Assembly: GCA_963674735.2 (NCBI GenBank)
Contig: CAXXQS010000002.1
Coordinates: 736,001 to 800,000 of the forward strand
Direction of reading: 5' to 3'
Length of the DNA stretch: 64,000 nt
DNA from: Myxococcota bacterium
GTDB taxonomy: Bacteria; Myxococcota_A; SURF-8
The notes under the pieces are model-generated. The model ran no database searches and was not told the DNA's origin. It saw nothing but the letters and a program-made list of their open reading frames with translations. Below, one piece after another: positions 41,384-50,316 of the stretch. Position numbers and translations under genes: made by a program. Numbering within the stretch: the stretch's first letter is position 1; every line of letters starts with the position of its first letter.

Positions 41384-42649
41384 ATGTCTGTCCGTTGGCT
41401 TGCACGATCGTTCATGCTTTTTGCCCTGTCGCTTGCCGTCTGGGCTTGCGCGGATGCCGGTCTGACCGTTACAGATGGCGACAACGGCACGTCGACTGAA
41501 ACCGATTACGACTTCACCGAGATTCCCGATGGCGATACCCCACCCGATGGCGACCCCGAGGCGTCCCTGCCCGATGGAGACATTCCGATCGACGGCGACC
41601 CGGACGTGCTTCCCGATGGCGATCTCGACGACGTCGAACCGGACCTCGACCCCGAGGTGGACGTGGAAGGCCCCGCCGAACACGACACCGATCTCGACGC
41701 CGAACCGGCTCCCGAAACCGATGGCGATGCGTTTGTCGATTACGAGCCCGATTTCGAGGCGGGTGGCCTTTATGTCGGCACCGAAAATCCTTACTCCTTA
41801 GCCCTCATGGATACCGCCATTTACGACGTGGCCAAGGACACACAAGGAGCCCCGGTCGCGATGAAAATTTTCACCCCGGCCGAGGAAGGTGAATACGCGG
41901 TTATCGTCTATCAGCACGGTTTTCTGATGGCCAACCACTACTACACCACCCTGCTCAATCACATCGCCTCACATGGCTTCATCGTCGTGGCTCCACAGAT
42001 GTATACCGCCGGTCCGATTCCAATCGGTCAACCCACGGCTTACGAAGAAGCGGCGCTGGCGCTTTCCCTGTATGAGTGGCTGCCGGATCATCTAAACGGC
42101 TATGCACGGGTGACGGCCCGCATGGACCGTCTGGGGTTGTCGGGGCATTCCCGCGGCGGCAAAGTGATCTGGATCGTTCTTAGCGAGCACCCCGAGCTCG
42201 CCGACGCGGTGGCGGGAGTGGATCCGGTAGACGGCCAGGGCGGACCGCTGGGTGGCGAGGAACGCATCATCGACGGCGCCTTCGACCTCGACTTTCCCAG
42301 TCTTATTTTGGGAACCGGGCTCGGTCCGCTTGCGGCAAGTATCTTTTCCCCGGCCTGTGCACCGGAAGGCGACAACCACGAACAGTTTTACGCCGCCAGT
42401 CCATCGCCCGCCTTCCACGTGATCGCACCGGAATACGGCCACAACGACATGCTGGAAGATGCCCCGATCGGCTGTACGGTGGAATGCACATCCTGCCTCG
42501 CCGGGCCGTCGCGCGCGCCGATGCGCACGCTGACCGCCGGACTGCTGGTGGCCTTTTTCCGCGCCACATTGCAAGGCGATGTCCAGGCATTCGACTATTT
42601 GACCGATACCCAATCCGCCCCCATATCGGTGACGGTGGAAACCAAGTAA
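41384..42649 (+). CDS. Lipoprotein alpha/beta hydrolase of the chlorophyllase/PETase-like family with an acidic DGD-repeat linker
   Basis: Lipobox AVWAC; HGF, HIASHGFIVVAPQ, GHSRGG nucleophile, DPVDG, CAP...NH..F, YGH.DML. Start after GAGGAG. Confidence 0.85.
   Translation: MSVRWLARSFMLFALSLAVWACADAGLTVTDGDNGTSTETDYDFTEIPDGDTPPDGDPEASLPDGDIPIDGDPDVLPDGDLDDVEPDLDPEVDVEGPAEHDTDLDAEPAPETDGDAFVDYEPDFEAGGLYVGTENPYSLALMDTAIYDVAKDTQGAPVAMKIFTPAEEGEYAVIVYQHGFLMANHYYTTLLNHIASHGFIVVAPQMYTAGPIPIGQPTAYEEAALALSLYEWLPDHLNGYARVTARMDRLGLSGHSRGGKVIWIVLSEHPELADAVAGVDPVDGQGGPLGGEERIIDGAFDLDFPSLILGTGLGPLAASIFSPACAPEGDNHEQFYAASPSPAFHVIAPEYGHNDMLEDAPIGCTVECTSCLAGPSRAPMRTLTAGLLVAFFRATLQGDVQAFDYLTDTQSAPISVTVETK
41473..41730 (+). 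repeat. Low-complexity Asp/Pro-rich coding repeats (CCCGATGG(C/A)GA = PDGD)
   Basis: Seven xDGD units within about 85 codons after the lipobox. Confidence 0.7.
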
Positions 42650-42691
42650 TGGATTTTGCCAAGTTCGCATAACGCAACAGGCGAGGTGAGC

Positions 42692-43333
42692 ATGGAAATC
42701 AAGGATTTTCTCGTATCGCGGCGGTCCACCCGCTTTTTCGATCCCTCCCGCCGCATCGACGAAAGCACGCTTCGGCGCATCCTCGAACAAACCCTCAATG
42801 CACCCTCCAATTTCAACTTGCAACCCTGGCGCTACATCCTGGTCACCTCGCCCGAGGGAAAACGACGGCTTTTCGAAACGGCCGCTCGACAACAGAAGGT
42901 GCACGACGCCTCGGCCATCCTGATTGTATGCGGCGACACCACCTGCTGGCGCGAAGCAGAACGGATGGCCGACGACATGGTCGAAAAAGGTTACTTCCCG
43001 GCCGAAGCGCGCCAGGGCTATTTGAATCTGGTCCGCGCCCGCTATAAAGACGCACCGCAAGCCCGCGACACCGTCCTGCGCGACGTCATGATGGCGGCTA
43101 CCCTGGTGATTGCGGCAGCCGCCGATGAAGGGGTGGATGCAACACCGCTTTCCGGTTTCGATCCGGCCGGGTTGTCTAACAGCTTCGGGATTCCGGACGA
43201 GGTGTTGCCCGTCCTGCTGATCGCGCTCGGTTACGCCCGTAAAGCCGATCCGCCGCGTGCTCGACGCAAGGAACTGGCCGACGTGTTGTGTGTGGAGTCC
43301 TGGACGCTACCCGTTGCGGGAAAAAAGGCCTGA
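42692..43333 (+). CDS. Nitroreductase family protein
   Basis: RRSTRFFD, APS.FNLQPW.Y, QQKV.DAS, P.SGFD, LIALGY. Confidence 0.93.
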   Translation: MEIKDFLVSRRSTRFFDPSRRIDESTLRRILEQTLNAPSNFNLQPWRYILVTSPEGKRRLFETAARQQKVHDASAILIVCGDTTCWREAERMADDMVEKGYFPAEARQGYLNLVRARYKDAPQARDTVLRDVMMAATLVIAAAADEGVDATPLSGFDPAGLSNSFGIPDEVLPVLLIALGYARKADPPRARRKELADVLCVESWTLPVAGKKA

Positions 43334-43391
43334 CTCGCCTTCCCGGCAAATCAGGCCTTCACATGCTGAAAAGAAACGGGACTCGAACTCC

Positions 43392-44846
43392 CTAAATCTG
43401 CACACCAACCACAAACCCGGGGGCGAGACGCACACTGGTGTCGGCGTAACTGCCCACCTTGAACTGCGGCAAAAAGCTTGCGTCTTTGTGTGACAAGCCA
43501 TCCGCTTCATACCACGAGACGTTCAGCGTCGGTCCGAAGATCAGCGCCACCCGCTCATCAACCTGCCACCCAGCCAACACGCGCCATTTGGACATATAGG
43601 CCGCTTCGCTGAAATCGTCGGTGGCATTGATACGCAGCGTCAGAATATCCGTATCGATGAACCAGCGTTCGTTAATGGGAATATGACCGCCCAAGCCCAT
43701 CCCGTATTGCAAGGTACGCTCGGCCACCAGCGGCTGCATACCGATCGTGTAGATGTTGTAAATATAGCGACTACCGAGCTTGAGTCCCATATTCACCACG
43801 GCGGTATCGCTACTCCAGAAATTGCCATGCAACATCCCTTTTTTGACGATGGACAAAAGCCCGATCGGCACGTCGACGTCGTCGGCGTAGTTTACCAAGC
43901 CCAGCTGCAAACCCCGATGGCGGCCGGTATCCACATTCACCAGACCGATTTGCGCCGCCCGTGCCTGTTCTACAGCCGCCACATTCACCAGACCAAGCTG
44001 TGCGCCGGTAAATCGGTCACCGCTGACCACATGCACCAAACCGAATTGCAAGCCTTTCAAATCGTGGGCATGGGTGACCAGACCGGTCTGCAAACCGCGG
44101 ACGTCTCCCAAGGTCAACGCCAGAAGACCACTCTGCCAACCGGTAGCATCGCCTTTCGCGGCAGCAAAAACGTAACCCCACTGCACACCGGTAACATCGC
44201 CCAAAGCCAAGCTGCCGAGCCCACTCAACTGAACGCCTTTCAGGTCGCCACCAGCGTGGGTGTAAAGCCAGCCCATCTGGAGACCCACCACATCCGCCGC
44301 AACATAGTCGACCAATCCGGAGGCCGAAAGGCCCGTTACATCGTCCAGCGTGACATTCACCAGGCTCGCCGTCACTCCTTTGCTATCCCGGTGGGTGACA
44401 TTGACGAACAACGACAAAGCCAGACCGCGTAAGGCATCCTGTTCGGTCGCGAAAAATCCCAAGCTGACATTGTTCAAAACGGGACCGTCAAAGGCCGAGT
44501 TGATCTGGGCGGGCGGGAAAAGCCCGAGATTGAAAGGAACGACGTTGTATTTCAATGGCTTGGGCGATTCTTTCGACTCTCCGAGGCGGGCGCGTTCCAG
44601 TTCGGCCCGCGCTTTTTCGGCCTCGGCTTGGGCCTTTTCGGCCTCGTATCCGGCTTTCTCCATTTCCGCTTGCAAGCGCTCCATTTCTCTCACTCGCGCA
44701 TCCGGCGGTTCCGCCTCGAAATGTTCAGATGCTTGGGCCCAAGCCGTGGAAACCATTGTAACTACAAACAAAAAAGATAAGAGCAGGAGATGCGGACCCT
44801 GCTTTGACCTGCGACTATCGGAGCGTAATCTAATTTGCGTATACAT
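43392..44846 (-). CDS. Exported protein with G.Q.GLVN repeats (LA_2272-like surface repeat) and C-terminal beta-rich domain
   Basis: Signal peptide ending AWA-Q, coiled coil, many G(L/V/A)Q.G(L)VN repeats, VPIGLLSIV, amphipathic beta-strands at the C-terminus; AAGGAGG ribosome-binding site. Confidence 0.75.
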   Translation of the reverse strand: MYTQIRLRSDSRRSKQGPHLLLLSFLFVVTMVSTAWAQASEHFEAEPPDARVREMERLQAEMEKAGYEAEKAQAEAEKARAELERARLGESKESPKPLKYNVVPFNLGLFPPAQINSAFDGPVLNNVSLGFFATEQDALRGLALSLFVNVTHRDSKGVTASLVNVTLDDVTGLSASGLVDYVAADVVGLQMGWLYTHAGGDLKGVQLSGLGSLALGDVTGVQWGYVFAAAKGDATGWQSGLLALTLGDVRGLQTGLVTHAHDLKGLQFGLVHVVSGDRFTGAQLGLVNVAAVEQARAAQIGLVNVDTGRHRGLQLGLVNYADDVDVPIGLLSIVKKGMLHGNFWSSDTAVVNMGLKLGSRYIYNIYTIGMQPLVAERTLQYGMGLGGHIPINERWFIDTDILTLRINATDDFSEAAYMSKWRVLAGWQVDERVALIFGPTLNVSWYEADGLSHKDASFLPQFKVGSYADTSVRLAPGFVVGVQI

Positions 44847-45152
44847 GATGCCTCCTTAAAAGCGGCCTCGGCCGCCTGTTTTGCCTTCGCCTGAATCAAC
44901 ACCGCTCGACGCCAGAGGTGTCACCGGTCAACTTGATTCGATGCAAACAAGCCGCGTCGTCTTTTACAACAGACACCAATCCGCTCCACGTCGCAGAATA
45001 ATCGACGCACCGCAAAATATTTCACTGGTTTTCGCGATTTTCTTGCCGTTTTTTGGCATCTGTGCTCTCATCAATTGCGGCTAATCGCTATGTTTGCCTA
45101 TTATCCGATGTCGATCCCGCGATTGCCCCGATTCAAACAGCAGGAGGAAGCG

Positions 45153-46577
45153 ATGCGTTACGAGGATGTCGTCGAGCTGTGCGAAACCCACAAAATCGAA
45201 AACCTGGATTTGAAGTACGTTGACCTGTTTGGTCGTTGGTACCACCTCACCCTCCCGGCTTCGCGGCTCAACCGCGAAATCTTCGAACAAGGCGAACCTT
45301 TCGACGCCTCCAGCGTCCCCGGCTACAAATCCGTTGAATCGGGCGACATGGTCATGATCCCGGATCTCGACACCATCGAACTCGATCCCTTCTGGGCGCG
45401 TCCGACCCTATCGATGATTTGCAGTATTTTCGAGGCGGACACCAAGCAGCCTTTCTCTCGCGACCCCCGAAATGTGGCGCGCCGCGCCGAAAGCCTGTTG
45501 GCGTCCGAATGTAAAGGAGCAAAGAGTTTATGGGGGCCGGAGTTCGAATTTTACATTTTCGACTCGGTCAACGTGAAAGAAGACGTGAATACCAGTTTTT
45601 ATATGATCGATTCACAAGAAGCCGACTGGAACAGCCAGATGGACGGCCAAAACCTGGGGCACAACATCCCCGCGCAGGGCGGCTACCACGCGATCTCACC
45701 CCAAGATACCATGCACGATCTGCGGGCCGAAATGGCCGCCACGCTTGAGGAAATGAACATCCCCGTTCGCTATCACCATCACGAAGTGGGCGGACCCGGC
45801 CAAAGCGAGATCGAAACCCTGCTGGATACGTTATCCCGCATGGGGGACAACACCATGCGGGCCAAGCACATCATCAAAAATACGGCTCAACGTCACGGAA
45901 AAACCGTCACGTTCATGCCCAAGCCACTGTTCAACGAAGCGGGTAGCGGCATGCACTTTCACCAATACCTGATCGGCCCCGACGGCCAAAACCTGTTTTT
46001 GGACGAAAGCGGCTACGCCGGACTCAGCGAATTGGCCCTGTATTATATCGGAGGTCTTTTACACCATGGGCGCGCGTTGCTGGCCTTTACGAACCCCAGC
46101 ACCAACAGCTACAAACGGCTCGTACCGGGTTTTGAAGCACCGACCAAGCTGTTTTTCGGGCAGGCCAACCGCTCGGCGGCGGTGCGCATTCCCAAATATG
46201 CACTGGGACAGAAAAAACGCATCGAATTTCGCTCTCCCGATGGCACCTGCAACCCCTACTTCGCCATGTCGGCCATGCTGCTGGCGGGACTCGACGGTAT
46301 CCGAAACAAGCTCGATCCGACAAAAATGGGGATGGGGCCCTACGATATGAACGTCAGCAAGATCGCGCCGGAAGAACTCGCCCACATCCGGTCGGTCCCG
46401 TCCTCGCTCATCGAGGCCTGCCACGCGCTGGAAGACGATCACGCGTTCCTGCTCGAAGGTAACGTTTTCACCGAAGAAATCATCGAAACCTGGGTGCGCT
46501 ACAAAATCGACAACGACTATTACGCCGTACGCAACCGCCCCCACCCGTACGAGATCAAACTCTATTTCGATTCTTAG
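45153..46577 (+). CDS. glnA: Glutamine synthetase type I (beta-type insertion)
   Basis: FDASS, SGDM, GPEFEFY, HHEVG, TFMPKP..GSGMHFH, NSYKRLVPGFEAP, NRSA..RIP, RIEFRSPD; AGGAGG before ATG 45153. Confidence 0.97.
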   Translation: MRYEDVVELCETHKIENLDLKYVDLFGRWYHLTLPASRLNREIFEQGEPFDASSVPGYKSVESGDMVMIPDLDTIELDPFWARPTLSMICSIFEADTKQPFSRDPRNVARRAESLLASECKGAKSLWGPEFEFYIFDSVNVKEDVNTSFYMIDSQEADWNSQMDGQNLGHNIPAQGGYHAISPQDTMHDLRAEMAATLEEMNIPVRYHHHEVGGPGQSEIETLLDTLSRMGDNTMRAKHIIKNTAQRHGKTVTFMPKPLFNEAGSGMHFHQYLIGPDGQNLFLDESGYAGLSELALYYIGGLLHHGRALLAFTNPSTNSYKRLVPGFEAPTKLFFGQANRSAAVRIPKYALGQKKRIEFRSPDGTCNPYFAMSAMLLAGLDGIRNKLDPTKMGMGPYDMNVSKIAPEELAHIRSVPSSLIEACHALEDDHAFLLEGNVFTEEIIETWVRYKIDNDYYAVRNRPHPYEIKLYFDS

Positions 46578-46611
46578 AGGGAACAGACAAACATTCGGAA
46601 AGACAGGCAAA

Positions 46612-46977
46612 TCAAGCCGTCACATCTTTCAGAATACGCACCAACTCCTTCGGGTCGATGGGTTTGGGGAGAAAGCGTGTCGCCCCGATTTCCAACCCGC
46701 GCTTGCGATCGGCTTCCGCACTTTTCGCCGTCAGCATAACAATCGGCGTCTGTGCGTAAGCGGGCATGGCGCGCAGTTTCTCGCAAACTTCAAAACCCGA
46801 CATACCGGGCATAATGATATCAAGCAGAAACAGTTCAAACGATTCGGCTGCCGCTTTTTCCAACGCCTCCGGGCCGTTGGTGGCGGTCATGACATCAAAG
46901 CCCTCGCTCACAAGGAGTCCTTCCACGGCAATCAACACCAGCTCATCGTCATCCGTCACCAAAATTCTACAGCTCAT
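46612..46977 (-). CDS. Single-domain response regulator
   Basis: ILVTDDD, LLDIIMPGMSG, MLTA, KP; AGGAGG ribosome-binding site inside the end of the kinase gene. Confidence 0.92.
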   Translation of the reverse strand: MSCRILVTDDDELVLIAVEGLLVSEGFDVMTATNGPEALEKAAAESFELFLLDIIMPGMSGFEVCEKLRAMPAYAQTPIVMLTAKSAEADRKRGLEIGATRFLPKPIDPKELVRILKDVTA

Positions 46978-48982
46978 GTCCATCCTCCTGTTTCGCATCC
47001 CCATTAACGGACAGATCGGCCAAGGGCAGCCGGATCGTGAAGGTCGTCCCTTCCCCCGGAGAACTGTCCACATCGATACGCCCGCGATGCTCTTCGATTA
47101 TGCCATAACAGATCGACAACCCCAAGCCGGTGCCCTTACCCACATCCTTTGTGGTATAAAAGGGTTCGAAGATCTTGTCTTGTATCTCTTTCGGAATACC
47201 AGGCCCGCTGTCGCTGATACAAATACCCACCGCCGGTTGTCCATCCAGATCCGTCAAACCCGTCGCGGCCTTCAAACGCCGATCTCCGTCAACATTTTCC
47301 AGAGCATCGCGCGCATTGGCGATCAGGTCGAGAAAAACCTGTTCGAGTTGATTGGGATCGGCCAGAACAGCCGGTAGCCCTTCGGTCAATTCCTTCTCGA
47401 TCTGGATGCCGTTGTTCATCAACTGCTGCGCGCTGATCAGGAGGGCATTATCCACCGGCAAGTTTGGATCGATGACTTCCATTTCCATGATAGTTTGGCG
47501 CGAGAATTCACGTAAGTGGTTAACAATCTTGGTAATACGGTGATTACAGCGCCTGAGAATCTCCACCCGTGGTAAAAGACTCGGGCCTTGCTCTTGCAGT
47601 TCTTTATCCAAAACGTGCAGCATCGTGGTGGAGGCCATCAACGGATTGTTGATTTCATGCGCCACGCCCGCAACCAAATCACCCAGTGCCCGCAGTTTCA
47701 TCGACTGAATCAGGTGCGCCTGCGCCTTCTTCAAATCGCCTTCAAGCTGTTTGACCTTGGTAATGTCGGAAAAAATACCCAAGGTGCCCATTTCATGCCC
47801 CTCCGCATCACGCAAAATCGAGGCTGAGGTACGGATGGGAATGGCGCCGTCGGGCCCTAAAAGCTGCATCTCGTAGCTGGTAACATTGCCTTCCTTGCGC
47901 AAAACATGCATGATTTTACGAGCTTGGTCGATCCCTCCTTCGTAAATGCCCCAAATGGGCCGCCCGATGATCTTTTCACGCCCCACCCCCAACATGCCTT
48001 CCATTCCGCTATTGGCAAAGGTAATGACGCCCTTCAGATCGGCGGTTACGATACCATCGACGGTGTTCTCCACCAAATTGCGATACCGCTCCCGGGATTC
48101 TTTCAACGCACGAGTCCGCTCCTCGACCGCCGCCTCCAGATTTTCGGTTTTTTCGCGCACCTGGTCGGCCATCCAATTGAAACTACGGGATAAAACGGCA
48201 ATTTCATGTCCACCGACAGGCATCGAAACCTGGCTCAGCAGGTCTCCTTCGGCCATACGCTCAGCCGCCTGCGCAATATTCACAACCGGCCGCGCAATCA
48301 GACGGTTCATGGCGAGGGTAAACAGCACCACGAGTAAAACACTCGCGGCAAAGAACGCGGTCATGTAAAGCTCGATCCGATCGAGGACCCCATAGACTTC
48401 TTCCTCGTAAGCCCCCGCCGCAACGATCCAGTCCCACTTCTTGAAGTACATATACTTCAGAACTTTCATGCGCGGGATCTTTTCGCCTTCCTCGACATTA
48501 CGCCACGGATAGCGGATGGTGCCCACCTCACCGGCTTTGAGATTGCCAGCTCTAGCCGTGATGGCCCGAATGAAGGCAAAACCCTTGGAATCCAGGCTGT
48601 CGATAATGTTCTGTCCGGTTTTGGCTGGATGGATGATCAGCGTACCCTTGCTGTCGATGACGTAAGGGTAACCGGTTTTGCCGACACGAAAGCTTAGAAA
48701 CACTTCCGTAAGAAAATGTAAAACATCCTTGCCCGGCCTTTCCGGATCCGACGACGATGCCTCGTAAAACGGAAGCGGTCCATGCGCAACATTCTGCGAT
48801 TGCAACTCGACGGCGCGCAGTAAATGCCGCACGACGTTGGTCAGCTCACGTTCGGATGTCTCTTTCAGGCTGCGGCTGAAGTAACCGATGGTAATCGCTT
48901 CGGAAGCTAGAAACGGCAGCAGAACCAGGACGAACAAAATGGCCAGCTGGCTGCGAATGCGCAAATGTTTGAAACGAATCAC
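46967..48982 (-). CDS. Sensor histidine kinase (Cache, HAMP, PAS, HisKA, HATPase)
   Basis: GKTGYPYVID.KG..IIHP Cache motif, two transmembrane segments, HAMP EI..L...FN.M, PAS, GVAHEINNPL, NARDA, DSGPGI, FYTTK..GTGLGL. Confidence 0.94.
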   Translation of the reverse strand: MIRFKHLRIRSQLAILFVLVLLPFLASEAITIGYFSRSLKETSERELTNVVRHLLRAVELQSQNVAHGPLPFYEASSSDPERPGKDVLHFLTEVFLSFRVGKTGYPYVIDSKGTLIIHPAKTGQNIIDSLDSKGFAFIRAITARAGNLKAGEVGTIRYPWRNVEEGEKIPRMKVLKYMYFKKWDWIVAAGAYEEEVYGVLDRIELYMTAFFAASVLLVVLFTLAMNRLIARPVVNIAQAAERMAEGDLLSQVSMPVGGHEIAVLSRSFNWMADQVREKTENLEAAVEERTRALKESRERYRNLVENTVDGIVTADLKGVITFANSGMEGMLGVGREKIIGRPIWGIYEGGIDQARKIMHVLRKEGNVTSYEMQLLGPDGAIPIRTSASILRDAEGHEMGTLGIFSDITKVKQLEGDLKKAQAHLIQSMKLRALGDLVAGVAHEINNPLMASTTMLHVLDKELQEQGPSLLPRVEILRRCNHRITKIVNHLREFSRQTIMEMEVIDPNLPVDNALLISAQQLMNNGIQIEKELTEGLPAVLADPNQLEQVFLDLIANARDALENVDGDRRLKAATGLTDLDGQPAVGICISDSGPGIPKEIQDKIFEPFYTTKDVGKGTGLGLSICYGIIEEHRGRIDVDSSPGEGTTFTIRLPLADLSVNGDAKQEDGHEL

Positions 48983-50112
48983 GGCACGCGTGCTCCCAAA
49001 ATGGGGAAGACCGATTGATGGAGCGCCGCCACCACGCGGTCGGCCTGCTCGCGGGCATTGGTTTTGTCTTCACCTTTGGTTTGAACCGGCGTATCACGCA
49101 AGCCCCCGATCTCGGAGCCATACATCATACCGCCGACCAACCCGGCATATTCATCCTCCGGTTCGATGCCGCACATGGCCGCAAAAGCCAAGGTCCAACA
49201 GCGCGACGTCCGGTAGATATCGTAGCCACCCCCACCCGCCGCAAACAGCTTCGGCGACTGAGCCACCAACAACTTGACCACTTCCTCATAACCGTTGTTC
49301 GTCAAACGCAGGTTGGTCAAGGGATCGGAGATCATCGTATCGGCCCCGATTTCGGCAATCACCACATCGGGTTTGAAGGCGTCGAGCAGCGGCGGCACAA
49401 CACGTTTGAAAGCATGGAGGTAAATCTCGTCGTCGGTGCGTTTGAGAAGCGGCACATTGACCGTATAGCCACGCCCCTTGCCTTCACCGATCTCCGTTTC
49501 AAACCCGGTTTGCGGATAGAAGCCCTCGCCGGACTCGTGCAACGAGATCACCAAGACTTGATCACTGTCGTAGAAAGCGTCCTGCACGCCGTTTCCATGA
49601 TGGGCGTCGATGTCCACATAAGCCACCCGCAGCCCCTTCGCGAGACAATAAGCCGCCGCGATGCCCACATCATTGACGTAGCAAAACCCTTCGGCGTGAT
49701 CCCGTCCAGCATGATGTAGGCCGCCTACCAAGTTAAAAGCACACTTGGCTTCCCCCGCAAGAACGGTCTCGACACCAGTCAGCGTCGCGCCCACCGTTTC
49801 CAGGCAAAAGTCGTATATACCTTTGAGCACCGGACAATCGGACGTCCCGATACCCGCCTCCAGCATGGCCAGATCGTGCGAGCCCAGATTGGCACGAGCC
49901 AAAATATCCAGGTAAGCCGGATCGTGAAACAACTCCAGCTCGTCGCGGGTCGCACGCCGCGGTTCGGGTCGAATAACGCCGATGGCGTAGAGTAGTCCAT
50001 GCCGATTGCACAATTCCATGGTATTGCGCGCCCGCATCGGTTTGAAGGGATGATCATCCCCATAATCGAAAGAAGCTAGGGATTCCGAGTAAATGAAAGC
50101 GGCTTCAGCCAT
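48979..50112 (-). CDS. acuC: AcuC / class I histone-deacetylase-like Zn-dependent deacylase
   Basis: HPFKP.R, GGLHHA, EGFCYVND, YVDIDAHHGNGVQ, SLHE, GAD...DPL, GGGGY. Confidence 0.92.
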   Translation of the reverse strand: MAEAAFIYSESLASFDYGDDHPFKPMRARNTMELCNRHGLLYAIGVIRPEPRRATRDELELFHDPAYLDILARANLGSHDLAMLEAGIGTSDCPVLKGIYDFCLETVGATLTGVETVLAGEAKCAFNLVGGLHHAGRDHAEGFCYVNDVGIAAAYCLAKGLRVAYVDIDAHHGNGVQDAFYDSDQVLVISLHESGEGFYPQTGFETEIGEGKGRGYTVNVPLLKRTDDEIYLHAFKRVVPPLLDAFKPDVVIAEIGADTMISDPLTNLRLTNNGYEEVVKLLVAQSPKLFAAGGGGYDIYRTSRCWTLAFAAMCGIEPEDEYAGLVGGMMYGSEIGGLRDTPVQTKGEDKTNAREQADRVVAALHQSVFPILGARVP

Positions 50113-50316
50113 ACTCGCCTCACATCTGCTGTCGAATTAAGGCGTTCGGTACGAGAATTCAGGCTCGCCCACGCCACAGTCGGTTTCGTCGTGCGCACTC
50201 AGAATACTTCAAATCGACAATTTCGCAACTGGAATATACAATGTCTCCGTTGCAAACAGAAAACGAAACCCGACAATCCCGAGCCGAACCCCCAAAAGAC
50301 GAGGAGACACGGCAGC

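Noticed and set aside
8754-42649. A chlorophyll-degradation or tetrapyrrole story linking the BchU-like methyltransferase, the DPOR-like pair and the chlorophyllase-like hydrolase
   Set aside because: The genes are 11-17 kb apart and each family is broad; nothing in the sequence links them.
45000-45152. Sigma54 promoter or glnA riboswitch upstream of glnA
   Set aside because: TGGCA is present but there is no GC at the -12 spacing, and no recognisable riboswitch consensus.
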